Of a stretch of 41,941 nucleotides of DNA, positions 1 through 8,954 are shown piece by piece. The stretch comes from Woeseiaceae bacterium (GTDB lineage: Bacteria > Pseudomonadota > Gammaproteobacteria > Steroidobacterales > Woeseiaceae). Each line of letters begins with the position of its first letter. The first letter of the stretch is position 1. A model generated the notes under the pieces. It ran no database searches, was not told the DNA's origin, and worked only from the letters and a program-made list of their open reading frames with translations. Made by a program: the position numbers and the translations under genes. The stretch covers positions 1 to 41,941 of the forward strand of contig JBFFOS010000001.1 of the NCBI GenBank assembly GCA_041574375.1, given 5' to 3'.

Positions 1-1440
1 AAGACTCTGGCTGATGGTTTCCTTGATGCGTGCGAGATTGATAATGCACTCGCGCATGACGGACTCGGCGACCTTGCGGAAGTTCTCCGCGTTTTCGGGT
101 GACTCATCATCACCAGCCCCCGCGTCCGCGGCTGCCGGTAGTGTCAGGCGTATAAGTTGTTGCTCCAGACGATCTTCGACTCGCAACAGCGTGGATGCAA
201 TATCCAGAATGACCCGATCATTTGCGACGCCGCCTTGCTCAACGACGGTCTTGAGACGATCAATTTCACCGTCAATGTCGCCACGCAGTTGGCCAAGTCC
301 CAGAACGCCCAGGGTGTCGCTGATCTTCTTTAGCAATTCGAGCTGCGGCACAAGCTCTGACGACTTGTTCATCCCCGTACGAACAAAGATATCAAGGACA
401 TCCTTGACGCTACTCAGGTCCTCACGAATCGCGGATCCGACCGTCTCCATGAGCTTGGCGCTCGGCGCGGACAACGCTTCACGCGCGTGCTCGACCTGCT
501 CGTCGCTCGGCATCAATTCGGCCAGGTTGAAGGCCGCGCGTATTGCGCTGATTCGCTCGCCCGCACTTGACGAACGCGCGACGTAGTAGAGGAGATTATT
601 CAGTAGATCATCGACAGGGTGGTTCTCGAAAGCGAGTAGCCCCTCGTTGATCACGTATTTCAGCTGCCGGTCTGCCTGGCCGAGCAGGCGCTTTAACGCC
701 ACCGACGTTTCGAGCCCGCCATTCTGCAGTGATTCGAGAACCCCGCCGACGATCATCCACAGTTGGTACATATCATCGCGCGTCGCCGAGTGTTCAAGAG
801 CGGCGGCAACTTTGCCCAATGTCTCGAGATGGCGCTGACTATCCCCGCCCTTGATCCAGCCGAGCAATGCGAGCTGGAACTTGGGTCGCAAACGCTTCGC
901 GATGACGACCGGGTCTTCGCCGGTACCTTCACGTTCACCGCGCTTGTCTATCGATCGCGTCGGCGAGAGATTGAGCAACAGCAGGGTGCCTTCGGATAAC
1001 AAAGGCTTGCCGCGAGCAGCTCGAAGGTCGTTGAGTATGGGCAGTAAGACAAGCGCGATATCGCGGCCACCACCAAGCAGGCGCTCGATATAGATCGGCA
1101 GTTGCACCATGGCGCGCGTCAGCGCATCGAGGCCATCCTCACGTCCTTTGCCTGACCGCAAGGCTGTCAGGAACTTGCAACACAGTTCCATTTCCTCGAC
1201 GAGCAGCGCCGCGCCGAAGGTCTCCGACATGCGCAGTGCGCCGCTCGCCTGATGCAGAAGCTCACCAGACCTGACCAATGCAGCCGTGCCGCCTCGGCCA
1301 TCGACACAATCCTCGAGCGCCAGATGCGCATTGCGAATCGTCTCCATGAGCTCCGCACTGACGATCGACAGCGCGTTGACGGTTCCCTGCCCGCCGTCGT
1401 CGCCGATCATCTGCTCATGAATGCCCGTGTCACCCGTCAT
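1..1440 (-). CDS. chpA: ChpA/PilL-type Pil-Chp histidine kinase, N-terminal part (partial, continues past the left edge)
   Basis: Not in the supplied ORF track because it has no stop inside the window. Reverse complement from ATG 1438-1440 reads MTGDTGIHEQMIGDDGGQGTVNALSIVSAELMETIRNAHLALEDCVDGRGGTAALVRSGELLHQASGALRMSETFGAALLVEEMELCCKFLTALRSGKGREDGLDALTRAMVQLPIYIERLLGGGRDIALVLLPILNDLRAARGKPLLSEG... I verified this codon by codon for 1440 down to 961 and read no stop in a faster pass to position 1. No ORF is listed in this frame, which fits it running off the edge (480 codons). The LHQxxGxLxM...GAALLxEEME and LPxYxE motifs are typical of the first Hpt/FimL-like module. It lies 42 nt downstream of pilJ. 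Confidence 0.8.
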   Translation of the reverse strand, partial: MTGDTGIHEQMIGDDGGQGTVNALSIVSAELMETIRNAHLALEDCVDGRGGTAALVRSGELLHQASGALRMSETFGAALLVEEMELCCKFLTALRSGKGREDGLDALTRAMVQLPIYIERLLGGGRDIALVLLPILNDLRAARGKPLLSEGTLLLLNLSPTRSIDKRGEREGTGEDPVVIAKRLRPKFQLALLGWIKGGDSQRHLETLGKVAAALEHSATRDDMYQLWMIVGGVLESLQNGGLETSVALKRLLGQADRQLKYVINEGLLAFENHPVDDLLNNLLYYVARSSSAGERISAIRAAFNLAELMPSDEQVEHAREALSAPSAKLMETVGSAIREDLSSVKDVLDIFVRTGMNKSSELVPQLELLKKISDTLGVLGLGQLRGDIDGEIDRLKTVVEQGGVANDRVILDIASTLLRVEDRLEQQLIRLTLPAAADAGAGDDESPENAENFRKVAESVMRECIINLARIKETISQSL

Positions 1441-1482
1441 TTAGTCGTCCGTGTCACTCGCGAATACCGCGCCTGGCGCGCC

Positions 1483-3480
1483 TTATCCTGTTTTCGCCTG
1501 GGGTTTCGGCGCCGCCGCTGGCGGAGCCGCATTGGATGACGTGCGCGTCAGCGCGCTCGCCTGCATCATATCCGACGGCAGCGCAAATCCTTCGACAGTC
1601 TTCCTGAGCTGCGTCGCCAGCTCAGAGAGCTTGGAAATCGACGCTGCAGTTGCCGTCGTCGCCTTTCCGGTCTGATCGCCGATTTCCCTGAGCCGTGTCG
1701 TTCGCCGCGTCACGTCGGCCGCCGAACCAGCCTGCTGGCGCGCCGAACTCGAGATGTTCTGCACGAGACTGGCAATCTGGTTCGATACCTGCTCGATTTC
1801 ATCGAGCGCGGCGCCCGCATTCTCGGCCAGAAGCGCGCCACCAACAACGTCTGTCGTACTGCGTTCCATCGATACTACGGCTTCATTCGTATCGGCCTGA
1901 ATCGTCCGTACGAGCACCTCGATCTGTTTGGTTGCATTCGTCGAACGCTCCGCGAGGCGCTGTACCTCGTCGGCAACAACCGCGAACCCGCGGCCAGCTT
2001 CACCGGCCATCGACGCCTGGATGGACGCGTTCAGTGCGAGAATATTCGTCTGCTCGGCAATGTCATTGATTAGCTCTACGATGTTGCCAATTTCCTGCGA
2101 ACTCTCTCCGAGACGCTTGATGCGTTTCGAGGTTTCCTGAATCGTTTCACGAATCGCGTTCATACCATCGATTGTTCGCCGAACGGCCTCGCCGCCTTTG
2201 TGAGCAACTTCCACAGAGTGCCGTGCAACATCCGACGACCTCTCGGCATTGCCGGAGACTTCTTCGATAGACGCAGCCATCGACACAATCGACTCGGTCG
2301 CAGCATTGATTTCTTTCGCCTGATTGTCAGCAGCCTTGGCAAGATGTGCGGCCGTGTTTTCTGTTTGCTTGGTGGCCATGTCGACCATAAGGGCGGTATC
2401 GTTGACCGTTGCCACGAGCTTGCGAAGTTCCTCGATCGCAAAGTTGAACGAGTCTGCGATCGTGCCCGTGATGTCCTCCGTGACGGTAGCCTCCACGGTC
2501 AGATCACCATCAGCGAGGCTGCCCATCTCATCGAGAAGACGCAGGATAGCCTGCTGGTTGCGTTCGTTCTGTTCTGCCTGCTCCTTCGCGGCACGTTCAA
2601 ACACCGCGCTCTTGCCATGCAACAGCTGCAGCCCCAGCAACAACAGGATTGCCAGGCCCAGCATGCCGATAGGAATCCACGGAACATTGAGAATCGCCGG
2701 TAACAGGCTGTTGCCGCCCGACGAGCCAAACGCCGAACTCAGCAATGCATTCGCACTTGCCTCAAGTTGCGTCCGGGTGGCGCCAAGTCCCGCGATCCGG
2801 CCGATGCTTGCGCTCAGCGATGCAGACTGATCTTCGAGACTGGCAATGACGGGCAGCACTGGTGCGAGCGCCATCGCACGGCCGTCGTCGGTGAGCGGGC
2901 GAATATCAAGATCGCTGTCATCGCCATTAAGCCCGTTGACCACATCGCGCAGGAAAGCAACGTTTTTCACGATCGCATTGGCGGCGCTGTCACCTCCATT
3001 CGGCAGCGTGGCGGCGGCCTGCCGGATCTGATCAGCACGCTGCTGAAATTCCTGGATGATCGCCGTCGCTCCGGAACGATCGAGGAGTTCGTTGGAGCCG
3101 CCAAGCACAGCAGTCGCATCAGTAAGCAGTTGCTTCGCTGCCGTATGCACTGCGTCAACGTCCGAGCGCTTTGCAAGTATCGCCGAGGCCTGTGACTCTA
3201 GTTGTTGCCAGTCTTCGGAGCGTCCTGGCGCACCGCCACGTCGCAGCGAAGCCACTTTCTTTATACTGGCATCGAGCTGGTCGAATGCGCCATCCTCTCC
3301 ATCCAGTGCTCGTGCCGCCTGCGATGGGATTGCTTGCGATAACGCCGCGAGTTCCGGTCCGGAGGAACTGCCACCACTCTCTGACTGCAGGTAAACCAGC
3401 CCGGCAGCAGCGATCAACAGAACCGCAATCAGGCCGGCAACGATTTTGAAAGTAGACGCATTGTCAGTTTTTGTGGCCAT
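1483..3480 (-). CDS. pilJ: Methyl-accepting chemotaxis protein PilJ (type IV pilus chemosensory receptor)
   Basis: 665-aa ORF with two TM segments (FKIVAGLIAVLLIAAAGLVYL; IPIGMLGLAILLLLGLQLL). It carries the MCP signalling hairpin EQTNILALNASIQASMAGEAGRGFAVVADEVQRLAERS. It sits between pilI and chpA. Confidence 0.92.
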   Translation of the reverse strand: MATKTDNASTFKIVAGLIAVLLIAAAGLVYLQSESGGSSSGPELAALSQAIPSQAARALDGEDGAFDQLDASIKKVASLRRGGAPGRSEDWQQLESQASAILAKRSDVDAVHTAAKQLLTDATAVLGGSNELLDRSGATAIIQEFQQRADQIRQAAATLPNGGDSAANAIVKNVAFLRDVVNGLNGDDSDLDIRPLTDDGRAMALAPVLPVIASLEDQSASLSASIGRIAGLGATRTQLEASANALLSSAFGSSGGNSLLPAILNVPWIPIGMLGLAILLLLGLQLLHGKSAVFERAAKEQAEQNERNQQAILRLLDEMGSLADGDLTVEATVTEDITGTIADSFNFAIEELRKLVATVNDTALMVDMATKQTENTAAHLAKAADNQAKEINAATESIVSMAASIEEVSGNAERSSDVARHSVEVAHKGGEAVRRTIDGMNAIRETIQETSKRIKRLGESSQEIGNIVELINDIAEQTNILALNASIQASMAGEAGRGFAVVADEVQRLAERSTNATKQIEVLVRTIQADTNEAVVSMERSTTDVVGGALLAENAGAALDEIEQVSNQIASLVQNISSSARQQAGSAADVTRRTTRLREIGDQTGKATTATAASISKLSELATQLRKTVEGFALPSDMMQASALTRTSSNAAPPAAAPKPQAKTG

Positions 3481-3495
3481 AGTTCTTCAGACCTT

Positions 3496-4059
3496 CTACT
3501 CCGCAGCTGCCTGCAGAAACATGTTGCTTTCGACCAGGTCGAACAAATTGAAAACGGGCCAGGACTCATCGCCCCGCTGATAGGTCCCGCCGAGGAAACG
3601 ATCACAGCGGACAATAGTCTCGGCTGTCTCGTTTGAGAATTCGTGATCCATGAAGCGCCGGAACCCAAGGACTTCGTCCACGACAAGGCCGGCCGGTACT
3701 TCACGATGATTGACTGAGATGACGCGCGTAGTACGCCTCAAGGTTGTTCGGCCACTGCCCAGCAGCAGTTTGACGTCAATGAGCGGCAGCAGATGACCGC
3801 GAAGATTGGCGATACCCAACAACCAGCGATTCGCACCCGGAACCCGCGTAATTGCATCCGGCAGCATCAGGACTTCGCGTACCTGGTCACGACTGGCGAC
3901 AAACTGCTCTTCGCCAATCCGAAAGCCGACGCCCACCCACTCAGCCGATGCCGCACCCGCACCCTGCCCGGCGTGCGCGGCACGGGCGCGCCGCTCCATT
4001 TCGAGAAGCAACTCGAATGGTTGCTCTACCAGAGCTGCGAGTTCGGCAGAACCAGGCAC
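3496..4059 (-). CDS. pilI: CheW-like coupling protein PilI
   Basis: 187-aa CheW-domain ORF (WVGVGFRIGEEQFVASRDQVREVL...IANLRGHLLPLIDVKLLLG). There is a 1-nt gap after pilH and a 15-nt gap before pilJ. Confidence 0.85.
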   Translation of the reverse strand: MPGSAELAALVEQPFELLLEMERRARAAHAGQGAGAASAEWVGVGFRIGEEQFVASRDQVREVLMLPDAITRVPGANRWLLGIANLRGHLLPLIDVKLLLGSGRTTLRRTTRVISVNHREVPAGLVVDEVLGFRRFMDHEFSNETAETIVRCDRFLGGTYQRGDESWPVFNLFDLVESNMFLQAAAE

Positions 4060-4060
4060 C

Positions 4061-4426
4061 TTATGCGGCCATCACCGAGTGGATTTTCGCGACCAGTTCG
4101 TTGTCTGCCACCGGCTTGACCAGGTATTCGACAGCGCCCTGGCGCATGCCCCAGATTTTGTCAGTCTCCTGGTCCTTGGTGGTGATCATGATGACGGGAA
4201 TGGACTCTGTGGCCGGATCCTTTGTCAGCTTGCGCGTCGCCTGAAAGCCATTCATGCCAGGCATGACGACATCCATGAGTATGCAATCCGGGCGCGACGT
4301 TATCGCCTGCCGGATTCCTTCTTCACCGCTGTCGGCCACGAGCGTGTCAAAGCCGGCCTTCTCGAGCATATTCTGAAACAAATGCAGCTCGGTGGGCGAA
4401 TCGTCGATGATTAGAACCACTGCCAT
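4061..4426 (-). CDS. pilH: Single-domain response regulator PilH
   Basis: 121-aa CheY-like receiver (VLIIDDSPTE...ILMDVVMPGMNGFQATRKLTKD...PVIMITTKDQETDKIWGMRQGAVEYLVKP). It closely resembles PilH as I remember it. Confidence 0.9.
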   Translation of the reverse strand: MAVVLIIDDSPTELHLFQNMLEKAGFDTLVADSGEEGIRQAITSRPDCILMDVVMPGMNGFQATRKLTKDPATESIPVIMITTKDQETDKIWGMRQGAVEYLVKPVADNELVAKIHSVMAA

Positions 4427-4437
4427 CGTCAGAGTCC

Positions 4438-4830
4438 TCAGTTGATCTGGTTGGAAATTGCGCCAAGCAACTCGTCTTTCGTGAATGGCTTGGTCAGGTA
4501 TTGTTCGGAACCCACGATACGGCCGCGAGCACGGTCAAACAGTCCGTCTTTGGACGACAGCATGATTACGGGCGTTTCCTTGAAGGTCTTGTTGTGCTTG
4601 ATCAGCGAACAGGTTTCGTAGCCGTCCAGACGCGGCATCATGATGTCCACGAAAATGAGGTCAGGCCGGTGATCCGCAATCTTCGAAAGTGCATCGAACC
4701 CGTCGATTGCCGTAAATACCTGGCAGCCTTCCTTGGACAACAAGGTTTCAGCAGTCCGACGAATGGTCTTGCTATCGTCAATTACAAGGATCTTTAGTCC
4801 ACTGAAGGACTTGGACACGTTACTGGTCAC
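4438..4830 (-). CDS. pilG: Response regulator PilG
   Basis: 130 aa with a GTG start (4828-4830) preceded by GGGGAA. LKILVIDDSKTIRRTAETLL...IFVDIMMPRLDGYETCSLIK...SSKDGLFDRARGRIVGSEQYLTKPF is nearly the P. aeruginosa PilG sequence from memory. Confidence 0.92.
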   Translation of the reverse strand: MTSNVSKSFSGLKILVIDDSKTIRRTAETLLSKEGCQVFTAIDGFDALSKIADHRPDLIFVDIMMPRLDGYETCSLIKHNKTFKETPVIMLSSKDGLFDRARGRIVGSEQYLTKPFTKDELLGAISNQIN

Positions 4831-4989
4831 CGAATTTCCCCACGTTGAAAACCGACTTTTACCATATTGACATAACTCCCGCTACGACGCGCGCCGCGAT
4901 GTGCAAAATCGCCGAAATTCGGGCGCTTACGCGTATTTTCGCTGTATAGTAAAACGCCTTCGGCCCCGACATCGAAATATCGGCTAGAG

Positions 4990-5952
4990 ATGACTGAAAA
5001 ATCCTTGAAAATCGGCATCGTGATGGACCCGATCGACTCGATCACCCCCTACAAGGATTCGTCGCTCGCGATGTTGCTGGAAGCGGAGCGCCGCAACGCG
5101 GAAATCCACTATTTCGAGCAGAAGGATCTCAGGTTGCTGTCGGGCAAGGCGCTGGGCCAGTCGACACTTTTGCACGTTCGCGATGACAACGACGACTGGT
5201 ACTCGCTCGGGGAACGCCAGGAAATCGAACTGGGTGATCTAGACGCGATCCTGATGCGCAAGGACCCGCCGTTCGACATGGAATACGTGTACACGACGTA
5301 TATCCTGGACCGGGCAGAGAAGGATGGTGCCCTCATCGTCAACGCGCCGCAGGCGCTTCGGGATATGAATGAAAAGGCATATACGGCCTGGTTCCCGGAA
5401 ATCACGCCGACAACCCTGATCACTCGCTCAATGGCCGAAATGAAATCGTTTCTCGCCGAACATGGTCGCGTCGTCGCCAAGCCTCTCGATGGCATGGGCG
5501 GGCGTTCCATTTTCGTCGTGAAGAAAGGTGACAAGAACGCAAACGTCATCTTTGAAACGCTCACCGACTATGGCACGCGATTCGCCATGTGCCAGGTATT
5601 CGTCCCTGAGATCAGGGCAGGCGACAAACGCATTCTCCTCATTCAGGGTGAGCCTGTTCCGTATGCGCTCGCCCGCATTCCGACCGGTGACGATAACCGC
5701 GGCAACATGGTTGCCGGCGCCGTTGCCAAAGGGCAGAAGATGTCGGGGCGTGACTTCGAAATCTGTGAACAGGTGGGCCCGTATCTGCGTGATGCCGGCG
5801 TCTTGTTCGCAGGGATCGATGTCATCGGTGATTTCCTGACCGAGGTCAATGTCACGAGCCCTACGGGCATTCGGGAACTCGACAAGCAATTCGGCCTGAA
5901 TATTGCGGGCCTCTTGTTCGACGCCATCTACGCATCGCAGAAATTGAAGTAA
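4990..5952 (+). CDS. gshB: Glutathione synthetase (ATP-grasp)
   Basis: 320 aa. KIGIVMDPIDSITPYKDSSLAMLLEAERR...MRKDPPFDMEYVYTTYILD...DKRILLIQGEPVPYALARIP...NVTSPTGIRE is typical GshB. It is divergent from pilG, as in Pseudomonas. Confidence 0.95.
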   Translation: MTEKSLKIGIVMDPIDSITPYKDSSLAMLLEAERRNAEIHYFEQKDLRLLSGKALGQSTLLHVRDDNDDWYSLGERQEIELGDLDAILMRKDPPFDMEYVYTTYILDRAEKDGALIVNAPQALRDMNEKAYTAWFPEITPTTLITRSMAEMKSFLAEHGRVVAKPLDGMGGRSIFVVKKGDKNANVIFETLTDYGTRFAMCQVFVPEIRAGDKRILLIQGEPVPYALARIPTGDDNRGNMVAGAVAKGQKMSGRDFEICEQVGPYLRDAGVLFAGIDVIGDFLTEVNVTSPTGIRELDKQFGLNIAGLLFDAIYASQKLK

Positions 5953-5989
5953 TACGGTGCCAGTCACCCCATTTTTGCGACGCAGGTTC

Positions 5990-6005
5990 TTGTTTATGTA
6001 AACAA
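5990..6005. promoter_or_regulatory. AT-rich inverted repeat TTGTTTA-TG-TAAACAA upstream of the TonB-like gene (possible operator)
   Basis: Arms of 7 bp are perfectly complementary with a 2-nt spacer. It lies 24 nt upstream of ATG 6029 and overlaps a weak candidate promoter (TTGCGA 5975-5980, 18-nt spacer, TAAACA 5999-6004). It does not match the Fur box as I remember it. Confidence 0.25.
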
Positions 6006-6028
6006 AATGGCAGAGTATTCGCGCGAAT

Positions 6029-6934
6029 ATGGCGAACCCCTTTATAACAGTCGACCCTCTGGATGAGCTGCGGCTCATGACGCCGATCGTGCCCGACCGG
6101 CTGCCAGCCATGTTGTTCCTGGCCGCGCTGGTGCACGGAATCCTGATCATCGGGGTCACGTTTAATGCCGCGCTGACCGACCCGTTTGCCGACGCAATCT
6201 CGCTCGAGGTCACAATCGTGGCCGACCCCGACCAGCAGATCGACCGCCCCGACGAAGCCGCGTACCTCGCGCAGGCAAGCCAGAAAGGCAGCGGCAACAT
6301 TACCGATCAGATTCGCCCGTCCGCGCCGCTGCAAAGTGCCATGCCCGTCGACAACCCCGGACGTGAGGATGGCGCGGCGCTCACCGATGCACGGGCACAC
6401 GAGCGCTCGGCGGACGAGGTGCTGGCCTCGGAGAATACAAGCGATCGCGAGGTCGCCGTCGATCCGCGTACCGACCCGCAATCGCAGGACACCGTGGCCG
6501 TCGCCATGGAGGCCGGCAGCGAAGTTACGTTGCCGCTGCCGCAGGAAGACAAGGCGAGCTTCCTGTTGACTGACGACGATCCCCAGCAACTCATTATTTC
6601 AGCCGACACCCGCGAGTCCGTGGCGGCTGCTTACCTCGATGCCTGGAAGCGACGCATTGAAGCCGTGGGCGCCGCTTACCTTCCCGAACTCGGTGACCTG
6701 CCCAACCTGACTGGTAGCCCGACATTATTGGTCAGGATTGGCGAGAACGGCGAATTGCTCGATGCGACGGTCAGCAAGACCAGCGGCTCCGCCATCCTGG
6801 ATCTCGCATCCGTCGATATCATTCAGCGTGCGTCACCGTTTAACGAGTTTCCGGCGTCAATGGCAAGTGAATACGATACGGTCGCATTCGAATACAAGTT
6901 CCTGTTCACGGAGCAACTTGTACGCAACGACTGA
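6029..6934 (+). CDS. TonB-family energy transducer (TonB3-like position)
   Basis: 301 aa. N-terminal TM with conserved His (LPAMLFLAALVHGILIIGV), an acidic/Pro-containing linker, and a TonB C-terminal-like domain (YLDAWKRRIEAVG...SPTLLVRIGENGELLDATVSKTSGSAILDLASVDIIQRASPFNEFP). It has the same position after gshB as P. aeruginosa tonB3. Confidence 0.7.
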   Translation: MANPFITVDPLDELRLMTPIVPDRLPAMLFLAALVHGILIIGVTFNAALTDPFADAISLEVTIVADPDQQIDRPDEAAYLAQASQKGSGNITDQIRPSAPLQSAMPVDNPGREDGAALTDARAHERSADEVLASENTSDREVAVDPRTDPQSQDTVAVAMEAGSEVTLPLPQEDKASFLLTDDDPQQLIISADTRESVAAAYLDAWKRRIEAVGAAYLPELGDLPNLTGSPTLLVRIGENGELLDATVSKTSGSAILDLASVDIIQRASPFNEFPASMASEYDTVAFEYKFLFTEQLVRND

Positions 6935-6952
6935 TGGGCAGATACTGTCCAT

Positions 6953-7516
6953 ATGCAAGCCGACGACTCCTTGGTAAATCAGCTACTTATCGCCATGCCG
7001 GGCATGCTGGACCCGAATTTCAGCACAACGGTAACCCTGATCTGTGAACATAACGACGAAGGTGCGCTCGGCATCGTCATCAATCGTCCAACCACGCTGA
7101 AGCTCGGCGGCCTGTTTGACCAACTTTCCGTGGAAGACGCCGATCCCGATGCGGCCAGCAGTCCCGTGCTGTCCGGGGGACCCGTAGGTGCGGAGCGCGG
7201 CTTTGTCTTGCATGGACCAGAGCACAGCTACGAGAACACGCTGGCGGTATCGGACGATATTCGCCTGACTTTATCGCGCGACATTATCGATGCGATGGCC
7301 AAGGGTCAGGGACCTGACAATGCACTCGTGGCGATTGGCTACGCAGGCTGGGAGCCGGGCCAACTCGAGGATGAGATGCTCGCCAACGCGTGGCTCAACG
7401 TTCCTGCAACGCCCGAGATCGTATTCGACACCCCGTTCGCGGAGCGTTGGGATTCCGCAGCTCGTACCCTGGGCATCGATATCGCCTCTATGTCCACGGA
7501 TGCCGGGCACGCCTGA
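6953..7516 (+). CDS. yqgE: YqgE/AlgH family protein
   Basis: 187 aa. LLIAMPGMLDPNFSTTVTLICEHNDEGALGIVINRP...GGPV...GFVLH...GYAGWEPGQLEDE is the family signature. Confidence 0.9.
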   Translation: MQADDSLVNQLLIAMPGMLDPNFSTTVTLICEHNDEGALGIVINRPTTLKLGGLFDQLSVEDADPDAASSPVLSGGPVGAERGFVLHGPEHSYENTLAVSDDIRLTLSRDIIDAMAKGQGPDNALVAIGYAGWEPGQLEDEMLANAWLNVPATPEIVFDTPFAERWDSAARTLGIDIASMSTDAGHA

Positions 7517-7943
7517 ATTGTCCCGTCCCCGCACGATTCTCGCTTTCGACTTTGGGCTGCGACGCATTGGCGTGGCCGTCGGTCAGGATGTGACTGGGTC
7601 GGCCAGTCCGCTCGGCGTTGTCGAAAATCGCGATTCGGGTGTGGACCACCAACAGCTCGCCGCACTCATTAAAGAGTGGCAGCCAACGAACCTGGTCGTG
7701 GGTATGCCGGCCCACGCCGACGGCTCACCGAGCGAGATTCAGCAACACGTGGAGGCCTTTATCGGGGAACTCGAACGCTATGGGCTCCCCATCAGTACCG
7801 TCGATGAACGCTATTCATCGGTCGAGGCCGAGCGCGTTCTCAAGGAGGCACGCGCGGCGGGCACCCGGGGACGTATTTCGAAGGAGATGATCGATAGTGC
7901 GGCTGCAGTATTTATCGCTGAAAGATACCTGCTAAGCGAGTAG
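7500..7943 (+). CDS. ruvX: Putative pre-16S rRNA nuclease / Holliday junction resolvase-like RuvX (YqgF)
   Basis: ILAFDFGLRRIGVAVG...VVGMP...DERYSSVEA is typical YqgF. The ORF-track version (7290) extends 70 codons into yqgE. I take the in-frame ATG at 7500 (147 aa, 17-nt overlap with the yqgE end); TTG 7518 is an alternative. Confidence 0.85.
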   Translation: MPGTPELSRPRTILAFDFGLRRIGVAVGQDVTGSASPLGVVENRDSGVDHQQLAALIKEWQPTNLVVGMPAHADGSPSEIQQHVEAFIGELERYGLPISTVDERYSSVEAERVLKEARAAGTRGRISKEMIDSAAAVFIAERYLLSE

Positions 7944-7955
7944 AATTTCGGCGCG

Positions 7956-8954
7956 ATGAATACTGCAGCCCCCACCGAAGTACTCAAAGACGAAGCCACC
8001 CTGCAGCTCGATGCAAACGGCAATTTGCGACATCTTCTGACTCTCAAGGGTCTCGACAAGTCGCTGCTTACCGAGATTCTCGATGACGCCCAGCAGTACC
8101 TGACCGAGCCGGGCGAATTGCCGGCCCGTGGCCAGTCGCTCGTGGGCCGCTCGGTCGCCAACCTGTTTTTCGAAGCCAGCACGCGCACTCGTGCGTCGTT
8201 TGACTTGGCCGGCAAGCGACTCGGCGCCGACGTTCTCAATCTCGACGTCAATACGTCGTCCCGCAAGAAAGGCGAAAGCATTCTCGACACGATCTACACG
8301 CTCGAGGCAATGCACGTCGACATCATGGTTGTTCGCGATGCGAGTGCCGGCGTGCCCGCCTTCATTGCGCGGCATGTGTTGCCACATGTAAGCATCCTGA
8401 ACGCAGGCGAGTCGGACGTATCACACCCGACGCAGGGCCTGCTCGACGTCCTGACCATGCGTCAGCACAAAGGTTCTTTCGAAGACCTTGCCGTCGCCAT
8501 TGTCGGTGATATCAGGCACTCGCGTGTCGCAATGTCGGCATCCCATGCACTGTCTACACTCGGCGTTGGGGAGCTGCGGCTGATCTCGCCGCCGGTACTC
8601 GCCCCGGAGCCGGACTCGATACCTGGTGCCAGGGTCCTCGATAACCTCGAGGAAGGCCTTGCGGATGCGGATGTCGTTATGGCGCTTCGTATTCAGCGCG
8701 AGCGAATTGGAAATCTCGACGGCATCCCCGGGATCGACGAGTACTTCGCCAATTACGGCGTTAGCCATGAGAGCATGAAGTTCGCGAAGCCCGATGCGAT
8801 CGTCATGCACCCCGGGCCAATGAATCGTGGCATAGAAATTGAAGGCTCGCTGGCCGATGGGCCGCAATCTGTCATCACGCGACAGGTTACCAACGGCGTG
8901 GCAATCCGCATGGCCGTACTTGACCGCGTCGGCAACACGATGGCAGCACGTTGA
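7956..8954 (+). CDS. pyrB: Aspartate carbamoyltransferase catalytic subunit
   Basis: 332 aa. SVANLFFEASTRTRASFDLAGKRLGADV...HPTQGLLD...HPGPMNRG are canonical ATCase motifs. Confidence 0.95.
   Translation: MNTAAPTEVLKDEATLQLDANGNLRHLLTLKGLDKSLLTEILDDAQQYLTEPGELPARGQSLVGRSVANLFFEASTRTRASFDLAGKRLGADVLNLDVNTSSRKKGESILDTIYTLEAMHVDIMVVRDASAGVPAFIARHVLPHVSILNAGESDVSHPTQGLLDVLTMRQHKGSFEDLAVAIVGDIRHSRVAMSASHALSTLGVGELRLISPPVLAPEPDSIPGARVLDNLEEGLADADVVMALRIQRERIGNLDGIPGIDEYFANYGVSHESMKFAKPDAIVMHPGPMNRGIEIEGSLADGPQSVITRQVTNGVAIRMAVLDRVGNTMAAR

Noticed and set aside
14-1539. Plus-strand ORFs listed at 14-586, 647-838, 763-999, 851-1093 and 1252-1539
   Set aside because: They are Ser/Arg/Ala-rich shadow frames opposite the chpA coding frame. 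The minus-strand frame gives a clean ChpA/PilL N-terminus.
5428-6589. Minus-strand ORFs 5428-6300 (290 aa) and 5861-6589 (242 aa) spanning gshB/tonB
   Set aside because: They are antisense to two well-supported genes and cross the intergenic region. Their composition is Arg/Gly-rich and unlike real proteins.
7290-7499. Upstream 70 codons of the ruvX ORF
   Set aside because: They lie wholly inside yqgE in another frame and have shadow-frame composition. RuvX homology begins at about 7520.
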